Virus record (IMG/VR): IMGVR_UViG_3300024261_000007
Coordinates: 1 to 64,000 of that record
Direction: 5' to 3' (one strand)
Length of the DNA stretch: 64,000 nt
DNA from: a virus
Position numbers and translations under genes: made by a program. The notes beneath the pieces were generated by a model, which was given only the letters and a program-made list of their open reading frames with translations, was not told the origin of the DNA and did not search any database. Positions 9,085 through 20,600 of this stretch are shown here, in pieces. Numbering within the stretch: position 1 is the first letter of the stretch; every line of letters begins with the position of its first letter.

Positions 9085-10932
9085 ATGATTTTAGAAAAAT
9101 TTCTAGAAAACTTAAACAAGAAAAATTTTTCAAGCAAAACATTTTCAGAGTTTAGAGAAGAATTAATTAATCATGCAAATCTATATTACAAAGACAATAT
9201 TTTAGATTTTTCTGAGACTTCTTTGGGTGGAATGCTTGTAGACTTTGCGTCAATAGTAGGAGAATCTTTAGTTTTTTATGCAGAGCAACAATTTAAAGAA
9301 CTTGACTATGATACAGCAGTTGATTTTGATAATATTGTAAAACATTTGCAAAAAGCAAACATTAAAGTGCCAAAAACTAGCCCTTCTATTGCAGCTGTAG
9401 ACTTTTTTATTAGAGTCGAAAAAGATCCTACTACGAATATAAATGATCATGTTCCTATTACGAGTTTTTTACCTATAATACGTTCCGGAACAGTTATGGA
9501 GTCTGGGGATATTGAGTTTATATTACAAGATGATGTAGATTTCACAACAAATTACACAGTTAGTAGATTAGAAGAAGAAAACAATATTCAATATTTAATA
9601 TTGAAAAAAAGTGGAATAACAGTTTCAGGATACATAAAGTCTGAAACTTTTTTTATAGGGAGCAACAACAGTTATTATCCATCAATTCAATTAGAAGAAA
9701 ATAATATTATAAATATTCTTAGTGTTTTTGATGAAGAAAACAACGAGTATTTTGAAGTTGATTATCTTACACAAAGCACTGTTTTTAAAAAAGGTAAAAA
9801 AGATAATGCAGATTTAGTTCAATTTTTACCTGCACCTTATAGATTTGTTATAGAAGAAAACTACATAGATAGAGTTACTTCTTTAAGATTTGGCAACGGA
9901 AGCGGTTTTTCAACTAGAGATAATGTTTTTTATTCTCCTGAAGATTTGATGCTTCCTTTAAAAAACAAAGAAACTTTTGGGAGAATGAGCTTAGATCCTA
10001 GTCTACTTTTAAATTCTAATACGCTTGGTATTTCTCCTGCAAATAAAAGTGTAACTGTGACTTATAAATATGGCGGTGGTTCGTCTCATAATGTTAAAGA
10101 AAATACTATAAGCTCTTTTAAAGAAAGCCCACTTGTAATTTTTCCTCATTCAACAAGTTCTACAGATCAAGAAAAAATTGCAAGTGTAATTGATTCGATT
10201 ACAACAAATAACCCAGAAAAAAGTCTAGGGGGTGAAGATGCCTTAGAAATAGAAGATCTTAAATTGTTAATACCGATGTCTGCAAAGTCCCAGTCTAGAA
10301 TTATTAATACCGAAGATTTGCTTTCTAGAATAATGACTATGCCTTCAAATTTTGGAAGAATAAATAAAATTATTGCACTAGATAATCAGCATTCTCTTCC
10401 GTATAAAGATCTTTATGTTTTGTGTAAAGATGACGAAGGTTTTTATATAGAAGCAAGTGATATTTTAAAAACAAACCTTTCTAACTATATTAACGAATAT
10501 AGATTGATAGGCACTAACTTTAATATTCTTGACGCTTCAATTTATAACTTTGGAATAAAATTAAAAATAAATATTAAGAAAAACTTTGATCCCGATATTG
10601 TCAAAATAGGCGCAATTGATTCTATAGTAAAAAATTGTAAATTTTATTTAATGAGCATAGGCGATCCTATTAATGTTAATCGTATTGTTAATGTCTTAGA
10701 AAATAAAGAATTAAATCCAGGCATTGGTACTGTTGTAACTGATAGGCGGAATATTGTTGTTTCAAAAAATAATTTAGATAATTTTTATGATATTGACTTA
10801 GAAAGAAATATATTATACCACGAAAATACTTTTAATCCACATACATCATATTTCGATGGTTATATTTATCCGCCAAGAGGAAGTATTTTTGAATTAAAAT
10901 ATAATTTCTCTGACATTTTAGTTGTCGCATAA
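9085..10932 (+). CDS. gp6: Baseplate wedge subunit, gp6 / baseplate-J-like
   Basis: SKTFSEFREELI...DFSETSLGGMLVDFASIVGESLVFY, LRFGNG, VTYKYGGGSSHNV, and GGEDALEIEDLK...QSRIINTEDL. GGAG SD upstream. Confidence 0.8.
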   Translation: MILEKFLENLNKKNFSSKTFSEFREELINHANLYYKDNILDFSETSLGGMLVDFASIVGESLVFYAEQQFKELDYDTAVDFDNIVKHLQKANIKVPKTSPSIAAVDFFIRVEKDPTTNINDHVPITSFLPIIRSGTVMESGDIEFILQDDVDFTTNYTVSRLEEENNIQYLILKKSGITVSGYIKSETFFIGSNNSYYPSIQLEENNIINILSVFDEENNEYFEVDYLTQSTVFKKGKKDNADLVQFLPAPYRFVIEENYIDRVTSLRFGNGSGFSTRDNVFYSPEDLMLPLKNKETFGRMSLDPSLLLNSNTLGISPANKSVTVTYKYGGGSSHNVKENTISSFKESPLVIFPHSTSSTDQEKIASVIDSITTNNPEKSLGGEDALEIEDLKLLIPMSAKSQSRIINTEDLLSRIMTMPSNFGRINKIIALDNQHSLPYKDLYVLCKDDEGFYIEASDILKTNLSNYINEYRLIGTNFNILDASIYNFGIKLKINIKKNFDPDIVKIGAIDSIVKNCKFYLMSIGDPINVNRIVNVLENKELNPGIGTVVTDRRNIVVSKNNLDNFYDIDLERNILYHENTFNPHTSYFDGYIYPPRGSIFELKYNFSDILVVA

Positions 10933-10961
10933 TTATTTTATTGAAAAAGAGCTTGTAAACC

Positions 10962-13025
10962 ATGATAATAACCATTTTACCAGATTCAGATACATATGTA
11001 ACAAATCTACATACAGATACTAATGATGCGTCGTATTCAAATGTAGGAAGTGCAGCGACATTAGATATTTTTAAATTATATAATGAAAATAAAAACGCAT
11101 ATTCATGGGCAGGTTTTGAGTTTACAAGCCCATTAAACAATCAAAGTACTTTAACATTAACTGATTCTTTTTCAAACAGCATAGATTTTATATTTGATAC
11201 AACAACTAATACATCAGATGGAAGTATCGACATTGATGGCAGCGTTATTGTAGGCATAAATGATATTCAAGACCATACATCACAAAATCCTTCATATTCT
11301 TCTAGACTTAAACAGGTAATAGAAAACATTAACGAAAAAAACAATGGTTTAAGCTTTAATATCGATGCCTATAACAATTCAAAAAATATTTTATTGTTAA
11401 AACAGCAAAAACAAGGTAATATTGGTGATACAGGCTTTACTTTACCTGATGGTGTGTCAAGCATAGGCAACTTAAATAATTTTGCTAGAATAGAGTACAG
11501 TACTGTTTTAATAAAATTTGATATTGAAAATTTTAAAAGTAACTGGATTAATTTAGACGAAAATAATAATATTTTAGGCGCTTTTTCAAATTTAAGAGCC
11601 GAGCTTGTTTTAAAAGATATTACATCTGGGCAGAACAAGCCTTATGACTATGATCTTGAAGCCTTAAATTTACGCAAGCCTTTCAAAGAAGGAAAAGGAA
11701 AAGACACTATATACTTTTCAGACAAAGATTTTTGTAACTTTAAAGAACTAAGTGTAAATCAAAGCTGGTCGATTGAAAATTTTATTACTTTAGAAGAAGA
11801 TGTAGATCTTATTGATAATAATCAAATTATTAATAATATAAAAGTAGGGGACGAAAATTTAGTTTTTGACATTACAGATCAAATAAAACAAGTAATTCTT
11901 GGAAATCAGGAAAACAACGGTATTTTAATTAGGTTTACTGATGAATATTTGTATAATAATTTTTCTTATTTTGTTAAGCGTCTAGGCAGCAGACATCTAT
12001 TAAATAAAGATTTAATTCCTAATTTAAATATTAAAATAAAAGATACGGACTATTTTATATCTAACAACAAAGAAAAAACTTTTTATTTCAATCAAGACGA
12101 ATCTTTGTTTTTGTTTAATTATAATGATAAACTTGTAAACTTTAGCAAACCTACTGAAAATAGTATTCTTTTATTTAATTTGCAATCTTCGATAGGCGAA
12201 AAAACAATTTTAAGTGAACTTCAAACAGATACTGCTTTGGTCAATTACAAAGGAAATACAATTACAGGATTAGCAAAAGTTAATTTAAATGTAAGCAGAT
12301 ACAATCAAGATATCGATCCAATTATAGACAATGAATATACAAATTTTGTTCAAGAATGGATTTGGCAAGATAGCGAATTTGAATTTATTGACTCAACCAA
12401 TATTGAATCAGGAAAAAAATATAAAATTAAAACAGTTGGCAGTATCGACTATACCACGATAGGTGCAAGCAACAATAACATAGGAACAATATTTATTTCT
12501 AATAACATTTTAAGCTTAGACATAGACGATCCAGGTTTTGTAAACGGCGAAGTTTTTGTTGTCAAAGAAGAAATACTCTATAGAGATAATATTTCTTTTT
12601 ACATTTCAAAAACAGAATTCGACAAAGATAGTAAAAACTTAATATCATCAATTAGTATTAGAGAAAATATTAAAAATACATTTAATACTTCAGCTGTTTT
12701 AAATTTACATACATACTTTATTGATTCTAAAAAAAGCTTGAGAGCAACAAAGTTAACTTCAGAGGTTAAGTCAGAAAATTTAGGTAAAGTTTATTATGAA
12801 GTTTACGATAAAGAAACAAATCAAAAATTAATTGAATTTGATTTTATAGATGATTCAACTTTGATGTTTTTTGATGGGGAAAAATATTTATTTAATTTTT
12901 ACGTCCCAGAATCTTTTTTAAAGAAAAAGCTAGTTTTTAAATTTGCATATTTTGATGAAGTAAATAATGATATAAAATATATCTCTTCTATCAACTCAAA
13001 TAGTAATATTATTAGTATTGAATAG
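10962..13025 (+). CDS. Virion/baseplate protein with a DNRLRE-like beta-sandwich and inserted modules
   Basis: DSDTYV...NVG...STVLIKFD...AELVLKD...FDITDQI...NNGILIRF...PNLNI pattern; follows the gp6-like gene. Confidence 0.5.
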   Translation: MIITILPDSDTYVTNLHTDTNDASYSNVGSAATLDIFKLYNENKNAYSWAGFEFTSPLNNQSTLTLTDSFSNSIDFIFDTTTNTSDGSIDIDGSVIVGINDIQDHTSQNPSYSSRLKQVIENINEKNNGLSFNIDAYNNSKNILLLKQQKQGNIGDTGFTLPDGVSSIGNLNNFARIEYSTVLIKFDIENFKSNWINLDENNNILGAFSNLRAELVLKDITSGQNKPYDYDLEALNLRKPFKEGKGKDTIYFSDKDFCNFKELSVNQSWSIENFITLEEDVDLIDNNQIINNIKVGDENLVFDITDQIKQVILGNQENNGILIRFTDEYLYNNFSYFVKRLGSRHLLNKDLIPNLNIKIKDTDYFISNNKEKTFYFNQDESLFLFNYNDKLVNFSKPTENSILLFNLQSSIGEKTILSELQTDTALVNYKGNTITGLAKVNLNVSRYNQDIDPIIDNEYTNFVQEWIWQDSEFEFIDSTNIESGKKYKIKTVGSIDYTTIGASNNNIGTIFISNNILSLDIDDPGFVNGEVFVVKEEILYRDNISFYISKTEFDKDSKNLISSISIRENIKNTFNTSAVLNLHTYFIDSKKSLRATKLTSEVKSENLGKVYYEVYDKETNQKLIEFDFIDDSTLMFFDGEKYLFNFYVPESFLKKKLVFKFAYFDEVNNDIKYISSINSNSNIISIE

Positions 13026-13038
13026 AAAGAGAATTTAA

Positions 13039-16000
13039 ATGAAACTTGTCAAATTATATAATTTTATAAAATCTAGCTATAACAATTCAAAAGTAAATAA
13101 CGACGAGCTTTTAAGTGCGCTTAAAGGTTTGAACTTATTAGAAAAAGAAGATTTAACTACAAAAGATATTTTTAATGTATTTAGAAGTTTAGATGAATAT
13201 AATAATTTTTTTTCTACGCAACAAATAACACACGCAAATTACAATAATTTTAAAGAGCACGTATTTTTTAGTTCAGCAGTTAGCAAGATAGATAATTCTT
13301 TTTATCGTATACTAAAATGTCCTTATGATAAAGATGAGATAACTAATATAACATATAAAAATAAAAATGATGGTTACACTAAGTTTTTATTAGAAAATGA
13401 ATTTCCTAAGTGTAGAGGATCAATAATTTTCAATGGAAATAACATTATCGATATTGTTGACAAACAAGGCTATTTGTTTAATGACTATGAAGAAAATTCA
13501 TTAGTAAAGTCTGGTATTCTAAATCCTAAAAACAATAACTTTTGTTTTGATTTTTGGTTAAAAATAACAGATTATGGAAATAATAATCAAGTTATTTTTT
13601 CAAAATACACTAAAGAAATAGGTTTAAAAGAAAATGGATACATTTGTTTCATATCAAACATAGAAAACAACAATAACGATGTCTACTTAAACATTATTAT
13701 TTCTATGAAAGATAATTTATTTTTAAAAAAATATAAAATAAAAAAAGATACAATATTCAAGCATGTCTGTTTAAATATTTTTAGTGTAAATGCAGAAAAA
13801 AATATTGAATTATTTATTAATAGTCAAAAAATAAAAGAAGATGTCAACGTAATATCAGAAGGAACATTAGTAGTATCAGGATTTGATAGTTATTTTTCTA
13901 ACCCAGATGTTTCTTTAACAATTGGAGGTAATCTACAAAGAAATTTAGTAGTAAATGAAACAAACTTTAGCAACTTAAAAGGTGAAGTTGACGAGTTTAA
14001 GATTCTTTTTAAGAGAAAAACAAAAAATCAAATAAAACAGACTATGCATAAAAACGTTTATGCAAATAATTTTTTAAAATTATATCTAAGATTTAATGAG
14101 CCAATAGGACAGCATATAAATAATTTTGTCTGTATAGACTATTCTGGAAATAAACTTCATGGAGTAATAAGGAATTACAGCGAAGAAAGTTTAAATTATA
14201 TTGTTTCTCAAGATACTTCACAAATAAGAAACAATAATGTAGATACTTTACCAATGAAGAAAGAAAGAGACAATGAAAATCCAGTATTGATTGGATCTTT
14301 TCAAGAAATAATAGACAAAAGACAGCTTTTAGTAGACAAGGCATTAGTTTTCGATAAAGAAAACCCAAACAATATTTTTAAAATATTACCAAAACACTAT
14401 TTTATAGAATCTTCTAACAGAGAAAATTTACCAATTTTTAGCAGAGATGACGCTTATGTGACGCCTAAAGACTTGCTGGATGAAAGTGGAGAGATAAATA
14501 AAAATTCAGGTAGCAAATTAAGCAACGAATTTGAAGTAAATAGTGATTTAGTAAATATTGTTTTAATATGGGCAAGATTTTTTGATGAGCTCAAGCTTTA
14601 TATTTCTTCTATAGATAAAGTTTTAAATATTAGTTATGACTCTTTAAACAAAGACGATATTTCAAGTATATTTTTACCTTTAGCATGCAAAACTTACGGA
14701 ATAGAGTTTAGTGAAATATTTCCATCAATTACAAAAGAAAAGCTATCTGGAGAAAACTTATTATATGAAGATATTGTAAGTGATTTAAGTATAAGAAAAT
14801 TACAAAATTTATTATGGCAAAGATTTTTAATAAATTCACAAGACTACTTAAAATCAAAAGGCACAATTAAAAGTATTGAGTCAGCATTTAATTCTTTTGG
14901 TATTGATTATTCAAAATTTATAGATATTAATGAGTATAGTAGTTATAATGATTTAACCAAAGGTAATAACTACAAAAAAGAAAATTTAAATACCAATATA
15001 ATTTCTTTTTCTTCATTATCAACAGAATTTGAAAATATTCCAACTTTTGAAAACAACTTACTGAATAGTTTTTCTTCCAACAAATTATTTTTAGAAATAG
15101 AAAACATTAGAAGAAAATCAATATCAAATCAATCTCTTAAGGATAATGCTCAAATTCTAAACGGCTTAGGGAATGAGTGGACAATAGAAGTTTTTTTTAA
15201 TTATAGCTCTGCAATCAAAAACAAATCTTTGTTTTTAAACAATAATACAGGCAGATTTAGTTTAATACAGAATTTGTTTAGATTAGACTTAGAAAACAAT
15301 GTTGTGTTGACAATTCATCACGAAAGACAAAATATAGAAAATTATTTTGGTGATATACATGTCAATGTTTACCCAGTTAAAAATAATTCAAATTATGTAA
15401 TATCACAGAAAATAGAAAATATAAACATATATGATAATCCTAAGTACTTAAGCATTAGTCAAGATATAATCATAAATGAAATTGATAGTGATAATGATGA
15501 AATAGTATATAACATTAATATAGGTGACATTGGAGAAGTAAATCCTCTTAAACAAAAAGAAAATTTTGTTATTAGAAAAACTATTGCAAACATAAACGAC
15601 AAAGTTTTGCAAAACAATATATCAACAAATAATGAAAATTTATCTTTTAAAATAGGAAGTTATAATTATCCAGATATTGGGTCTGAGTATTTGTCTGCAA
15701 CGAGTGATTTTGTTCAAAATAATACTATTTTTGAAGGTGAAATTTTAAAAATTAGATCTTGGGATAAAATTTTAAGCAATAAAGAAATTGAAAGTCATAT
15801 TAAAGATATAGAAAACGTTGGAGAATCTCAAAATTCACCTTTTAAAAAAATTATATTTGACTTTGATTCAAAGTTTAAAAATGACAAAATAGTTCAAAAT
15901 AACGTATTAACTTTGGCAATAAATGATAACTCTTTTAACTTTACAGAAGAAAATCAAAGATTAAATACATGCTTAATAAAAACTTTAAACTTAAATTATG

Positions 16001-16674
16001 AAAATACTAATATTGTAAAACCTTTTACTTTAATAGTCAAGAAACAAAACATAAAATACGATCAGCCTGTTAAAACAAACAGAGTTGATATTCACAGCTT
16101 TTTAGATGATGACAACAAAGCTATATTTAATAACTTTAATAATTTTCCTTCAAATGTACCTTATAGATATTATAATTATGATGATATTTCAAGAGTCAGC
16201 ATTGATATGTCGACTGTAAGGATTCTTAATGATGATATCTCAAAAATGATTCATGACATAAGTTTGTTTAACAGTAAAGTTAACAATTTTTATTCAAAAT
16301 ATGATTATTCTTACAAAAACTTAGATGTTATTAGAAAAAGTTATTTTGATAAATTTAGTGATAAAGATTACATTTATTATTCTGATATTGGGAATGTTTT
16401 TAAGTTTTTTGACAATATAATGCAAAAAACTTTAAGTGAAGCTATTCCTTATAATACACGATATTTAGGTTTTAACTTAGTATATGAATCTCATGTACTC
16501 GAAAGACACAAATATGTTTATAAAAATAAAGACAGTAACTTAAGTGTTGTTGATGATTTAAATTTTGTAAACTATTCACAAGAACCTGCATTAATTAGAA
16601 GAGGTACGTCTTATAATAGCAATAGACAACAAGTATATCAAGATGGAAGATCAACTTTAAGAGGAACTGATTAA
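13039..16674 (+). CDS. Baseplate wedge gp7-like protein with LamG/concanavalin-A-like domains
   Basis: First LamG pattern FCFDFWLK...KHVCL...LFINSQ...LTIGG...GEVDEFKI; second WTIEVFF...FKIGS...FEGEILKIRSWDKILSNKEI; gp7/P2-gpI-like YLKSKGTIKSIESAFNSFGI between them. Confidence 0.6.
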   Translation: MKLVKLYNFIKSSYNNSKVNNDELLSALKGLNLLEKEDLTTKDIFNVFRSLDEYNNFFSTQQITHANYNNFKEHVFFSSAVSKIDNSFYRILKCPYDKDEITNITYKNKNDGYTKFLLENEFPKCRGSIIFNGNNIIDIVDKQGYLFNDYEENSLVKSGILNPKNNNFCFDFWLKITDYGNNNQVIFSKYTKEIGLKENGYICFISNIENNNNDVYLNIIISMKDNLFLKKYKIKKDTIFKHVCLNIFSVNAEKNIELFINSQKIKEDVNVISEGTLVVSGFDSYFSNPDVSLTIGGNLQRNLVVNETNFSNLKGEVDEFKILFKRKTKNQIKQTMHKNVYANNFLKLYLRFNEPIGQHINNFVCIDYSGNKLHGVIRNYSEESLNYIVSQDTSQIRNNNVDTLPMKKERDNENPVLIGSFQEIIDKRQLLVDKALVFDKENPNNIFKILPKHYFIESSNRENLPIFSRDDAYVTPKDLLDESGEINKNSGSKLSNEFEVNSDLVNIVLIWARFFDELKLYISSIDKVLNISYDSLNKDDISSIFLPLACKTYGIEFSEIFPSITKEKLSGENLLYEDIVSDLSIRKLQNLLWQRFLINSQDYLKSKGTIKSIESAFNSFGIDYSKFIDINEYSSYNDLTKGNNYKKENLNTNIISFSSLSTEFENIPTFENNLLNSFSSNKLFLEIENIRRKSISNQSLKDNAQILNGLGNEWTIEVFFNYSSAIKNKSLFLNNNTGRFSLIQNLFRLDLENNVVLTIHHERQNIENYFGDIHVNVYPVKNNSNYVISQKIENINIYDNPKYLSISQDIIINEIDSDNDEIVYNINIGDIGEVNPLKQKENFVIRKTIANINDKVLQNNISTNNENLSFKIGSYNYPDIGSEYLSATSDFVQNNTIFEGEILKIRSWDKILSNKEIESHIKDIENVGESQNSPFKKIIFDFDSKFKNDKIVQNNVLTLAINDNSFNFTEENQRLNTCLIKTLNLNYENTNIVKPFTLIVKKQNIKYDQPVKTNRVDIHSFLDDDNKAIFNNFNNFPSNVPYRYYNYDDISRVSIDMSTVRILNDDISKMIHDISLFNSKVNNFYSKYDYSYKNLDVIRKSYFDKFSDKDYIYYSDIGNVFKFFDNIMQKTLSEAIPYNTRYLGFNLVYESHVLERHKYVYKNKDSNLSVVDDLNFVNYSQEPALIRRGTSYNSNRQQVYQDGRSTLRGTD

Positions 16675-16675
16675 T

Positions 16676-17686
16676 ATGAGTATTTACGAAAACATAAGAA
16701 AAATTGATGACACAATCGTTTTTTTTGACAATCAAAATGTTCCTTACGAAAAAGTAGATAAAGGTCTTTCATTATTAGACAGTAAAGACAAAAATAAAAT
16801 TACTAATAATATAAACTGTCTGGATGACAGTAATACAATGCAAATCAATCTTTTTGTCGGCATTAACTCTTCTTTTTTAAACAACAAGATTATAAGTAAT
16901 GATGAAGAGTTAATCAACAAACAAGATATTATAGAAACAATATTTTTTGATGATAGAGAAAGTTATAAAGGAAAAAAAATAGAAAAAAATATTTTTACAT
17001 CTATTTTTAAGAAAACATTAGGTTTAGAAAGTCATGATCAACTTTTTCAAGAAATAAGCAAAAAACCTTTTTCAGATGAAGAAAATATTGAAAACGCTAG
17101 ACTTTTTTTAGAAATGCCGAATGAAATAAAATATCCCAAATATTATAATGCTTATTCATTAAACAGACTTAACTCTAACATAAGCGTTTTTGGAACTTTA
17201 GAAAGTATTAACGGAGAAAATACGACTGAGCAATCTTTGCGTGGGATAATTTGTGAAATAATTAAAAATGGAACAGACTCAAGAGGCAGAAGCATTGAAA
17301 TAACAAACAGCATAACGCTAAGAGAATTTAACTCACCCAATCAGATTGAAAGTTATTCTGATGAAGAATACGAAGAAGTCATTTTAAATGATGATGTCTT
17401 GTTAACAGGATCTTTTAAGTATACAAATAGAATTATCAATGGCAATGTCATGACAGTTTTAGATACCTCGTCAGGTGCAAGTAGCCAAATTTCTGTTTTA
17501 TCAAACAAGGTTATTTTTTATACTGAGGATGACAGCAATATCGTTGCTTTTGATGATAGATTAAGAAGCGAAATAGTAGACAGTGACTATGGAAATGATG
17601 AAATATTTTATAGCACAGGTCAGTCAATCGACATGTCTGAAGGTGAATCTGTTGATTCAGTTGGTTTCCTAGGAGAATTAAATTAA
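16676..17686 (+). CDS. Hypothetical protein, probably structural
   Basis: 336-aa ORF abutting both neighbours in the baseplate block. Confidence 0.6.
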   Translation: MSIYENIRKIDDTIVFFDNQNVPYEKVDKGLSLLDSKDKNKITNNINCLDDSNTMQINLFVGINSSFLNNKIISNDEELINKQDIIETIFFDDRESYKGKKIEKNIFTSIFKKTLGLESHDQLFQEISKKPFSDEENIENARLFLEMPNEIKYPKYYNAYSLNRLNSNISVFGTLESINGENTTEQSLRGIICEIIKNGTDSRGRSIEITNSITLREFNSPNQIESYSDEEYEEVILNDDVLLTGSFKYTNRIINGNVMTVLDTSSGASSQISVLSNKVIFYTEDDSNIVAFDDRLRSEIVDSDYGNDEIFYSTGQSIDMSEGESVDSVGFLGELN

Positions 17687-20600
17687 ATGTCAAATTACTC
17701 TAACTTTATAGTTAACAATATTGAAGTACTAAAAAAAAATAACACGCTTGTTAATTCGCAAGAAATAATTGATGTTCTTCAGGATGCCTTTGAATCTGGT
17801 ACAGGGTCTGATCCTGCACTATTGTTTGGAGGTTTAAGAGTTTCAGTTTATTTTCCGTTAAACGGCGTAAATTTAGACGAAAGAGTAAGCTCATCGCTCA
17901 TCAGTCAAAATCCAACTTCATCTATAGACGTTAATCCAATATTTAAATCCAGATTAGCTCCGTTAAGTACTTTAAAAAATGATTTGGAAATATATTTTAA
18001 ATCAATAAAAATAAAACTAAAAGCAAAAGAAGCTGTTTTAGATCCAAGTTTTTTATTTAACCCGCCTTTATCAAATTCTTTTATAAACTCAAATAGCATT
18101 GTAAATAATAAATTTTCTTTAGACTTTGATAATGTAAATACAAGAATCATAAATTTAAATATTAGTAGTTCTATCTCACAAAACGACGAAGACTTATCAA
18201 ACTTTTTGACTTTTGACATTATTCTTGTAAAAAATTATCAAGGAGATCTTGTTTTTAACTATGATGATACTTCTTACACGTTAGATAATCTGGATATTAA
18301 TAGAATTGACGAGATATTTGATATTGATAGTGATTCTATTGCGTCATATTTGTTAAGTGATAATTTATTTTTAAAAATTGATGCGAAAGATCTTTCTGTT
18401 AAAAAGTCAGGTTTTAAAAACAAGTCTATTAAAAAATTAATAAATGAAAAATATAGTTTAGATAACTCTTCACCTTTAAAATTTGAAATTACAGGAGAAT
18501 ATTTACAAGAATCTAAAATAGAATTTGATGATTCAAATACAATCGATTTTACAGGTACAGCTGATATGCATGTATCTGTTGATGGGCCAATAACAGAACT
18601 TTCAGATACAACTACTCGAAATAAATATTTAAACTTTAAAAAATTTACATCTATTTCTTCGCAAAACAACGTATATGATGATAGGTTTTTACTTCACAAT
18701 ACACACATTTATGACTTGCCTTATGACATAGACGATACTTTTAAAACAACAAAGTCTATAACTAAAAATAAAGTAGAAAATTTAATTAAACAGAAAAGAA
18801 ATACTTTTACACAAACACCTTTTAACGAAAATAGATTTGATCATGATCACAATATAAAAATATCTGGCAGTCAAAAAAGACAAGACTGGGAGACAGCTAC
18901 TTTAGACGATGAAATAGCTGAAGGGTATGATATTAGAAATCAGAAGCAAATTAAAATTACACTTGATTTTAGTAGTAATGTTGATTTGCATCTAATGAAT
19001 ACAAAGTTTACTTTTAATTTACCAGATCCTAACTTAGTTTTCTCTGATCGTGATGGACAAAGTCAAATTCCAGGATATAACGAAGTTCGTGTTAATATCG
19101 ACAGACAATTAGGAACAATTGATTCAAATTCTTTTGCAACAGTTCAGGATAATTTAAAAAACACTAAATATTTTAATTTTGTTTCAACACCTTCAACATA
19201 TAGCTCACATTTTATGCCTACTGCCTACTGGGACTTCAACAATAACAAATGGGATTATTTAGAAGGTGTTGTATTGGACAAAGATTCACCTTTAATTACA
19301 CAACAGTATGATTTAAACTTAGCAGCTGATCAAGGCATAAAAAGCTTCGATCTTTTTGGCTCAAAAAACAACTCAGTTCTTAAAGACTTATACATGAGTT
19401 TCAATAATATTCTATCAAATCCTAAAGTTTTGTCAGAAGAATTATATTTTACAGAAGCAAGCTTTCTTAAAACAAATGATGGCGAATATTATTTATCATC
19501 ATTTTTAAGATCTAAAAAACCAATATTAACTACACCCTCTTTTAGAAACGATGCAGGATTTTTAAGCTCAGAAAGTTATTTAAGTAGCAATAAATCCTAT
19601 TTGACACAAATTACAAGTTCATACAACTTTCCTGGAGGACCAAATTGGCAGCATAAAAACGATCACGTGTTAGATATGTCAAAATACATAACACAAGATT
19701 TTTTGCTTGAAAAAATAATAATAAAAGGAAAGTATACAATGAAAGCAGAAATGCCTGTAAGTAAAGGTAATTTTGCTGATTGTTACAGAGATGGTGTAAA
19801 CAATAGTCAAGTTGATTCTACAGGAAAGCTAGTTGAATCTTATGATTATAAAGATAATCATCAAGGTTTTATTTCAAACAATATTACATTTTTTCTTTTA
19901 AATGAAAGAAAAAACTTAAATCTTCAAGATAAAAAAGTTGAAAAGCTAAAACACCAATCTTATTTTCTTGTCCCTACTTACGATGGAGGTGCAATACAAA
20001 GTATTAAAAACGAAGACGGAAGTGATAATTTAAATAATAATCCAGGGTTGAATGAAAATATCCCGTATACGACTTCGTATTATGACGCAAAAAATATAAG
20101 TACTGTTAATACTTTTGTAATTGATAAAGCTATAGAATTATCTGATCCTCCTACTTTTGACATGGAAGAAAAAAGTTTGAGTAGATATGAAAAAGACTTT
20201 AACTTATATACAAGAGTCTATAGTGGTGTTATAAATGATTATGTAAGTTACTTATCTTGGTTCGAAGAACAGACAACATTAGGTAGTCACGGTAGAAATG
20301 AATTTGACGCAAGAATAATTCCTTTTGAAGTTCTTTCAAACACTGTTTTTGAAAATAATAGTTTTAACAATAAAATTTTTAAAAACAAAGAAAATGGAAA
20401 AGACTTTATAAAAAGAAAGAAAAATTGTTTTGTTCACTTAGAAGAGTTTAGCGATCAAACTATAGAGCAACAAACAAACTTTGTAGATTATATGGTTTAC
20501 AATAATTTCAAAAACATTGAATCTAATATCGCAAAAACTACAATGGCAGATTCAAACTATAATATTTTACAAGATTTTCAAAATAACAACGAAAACGTTC

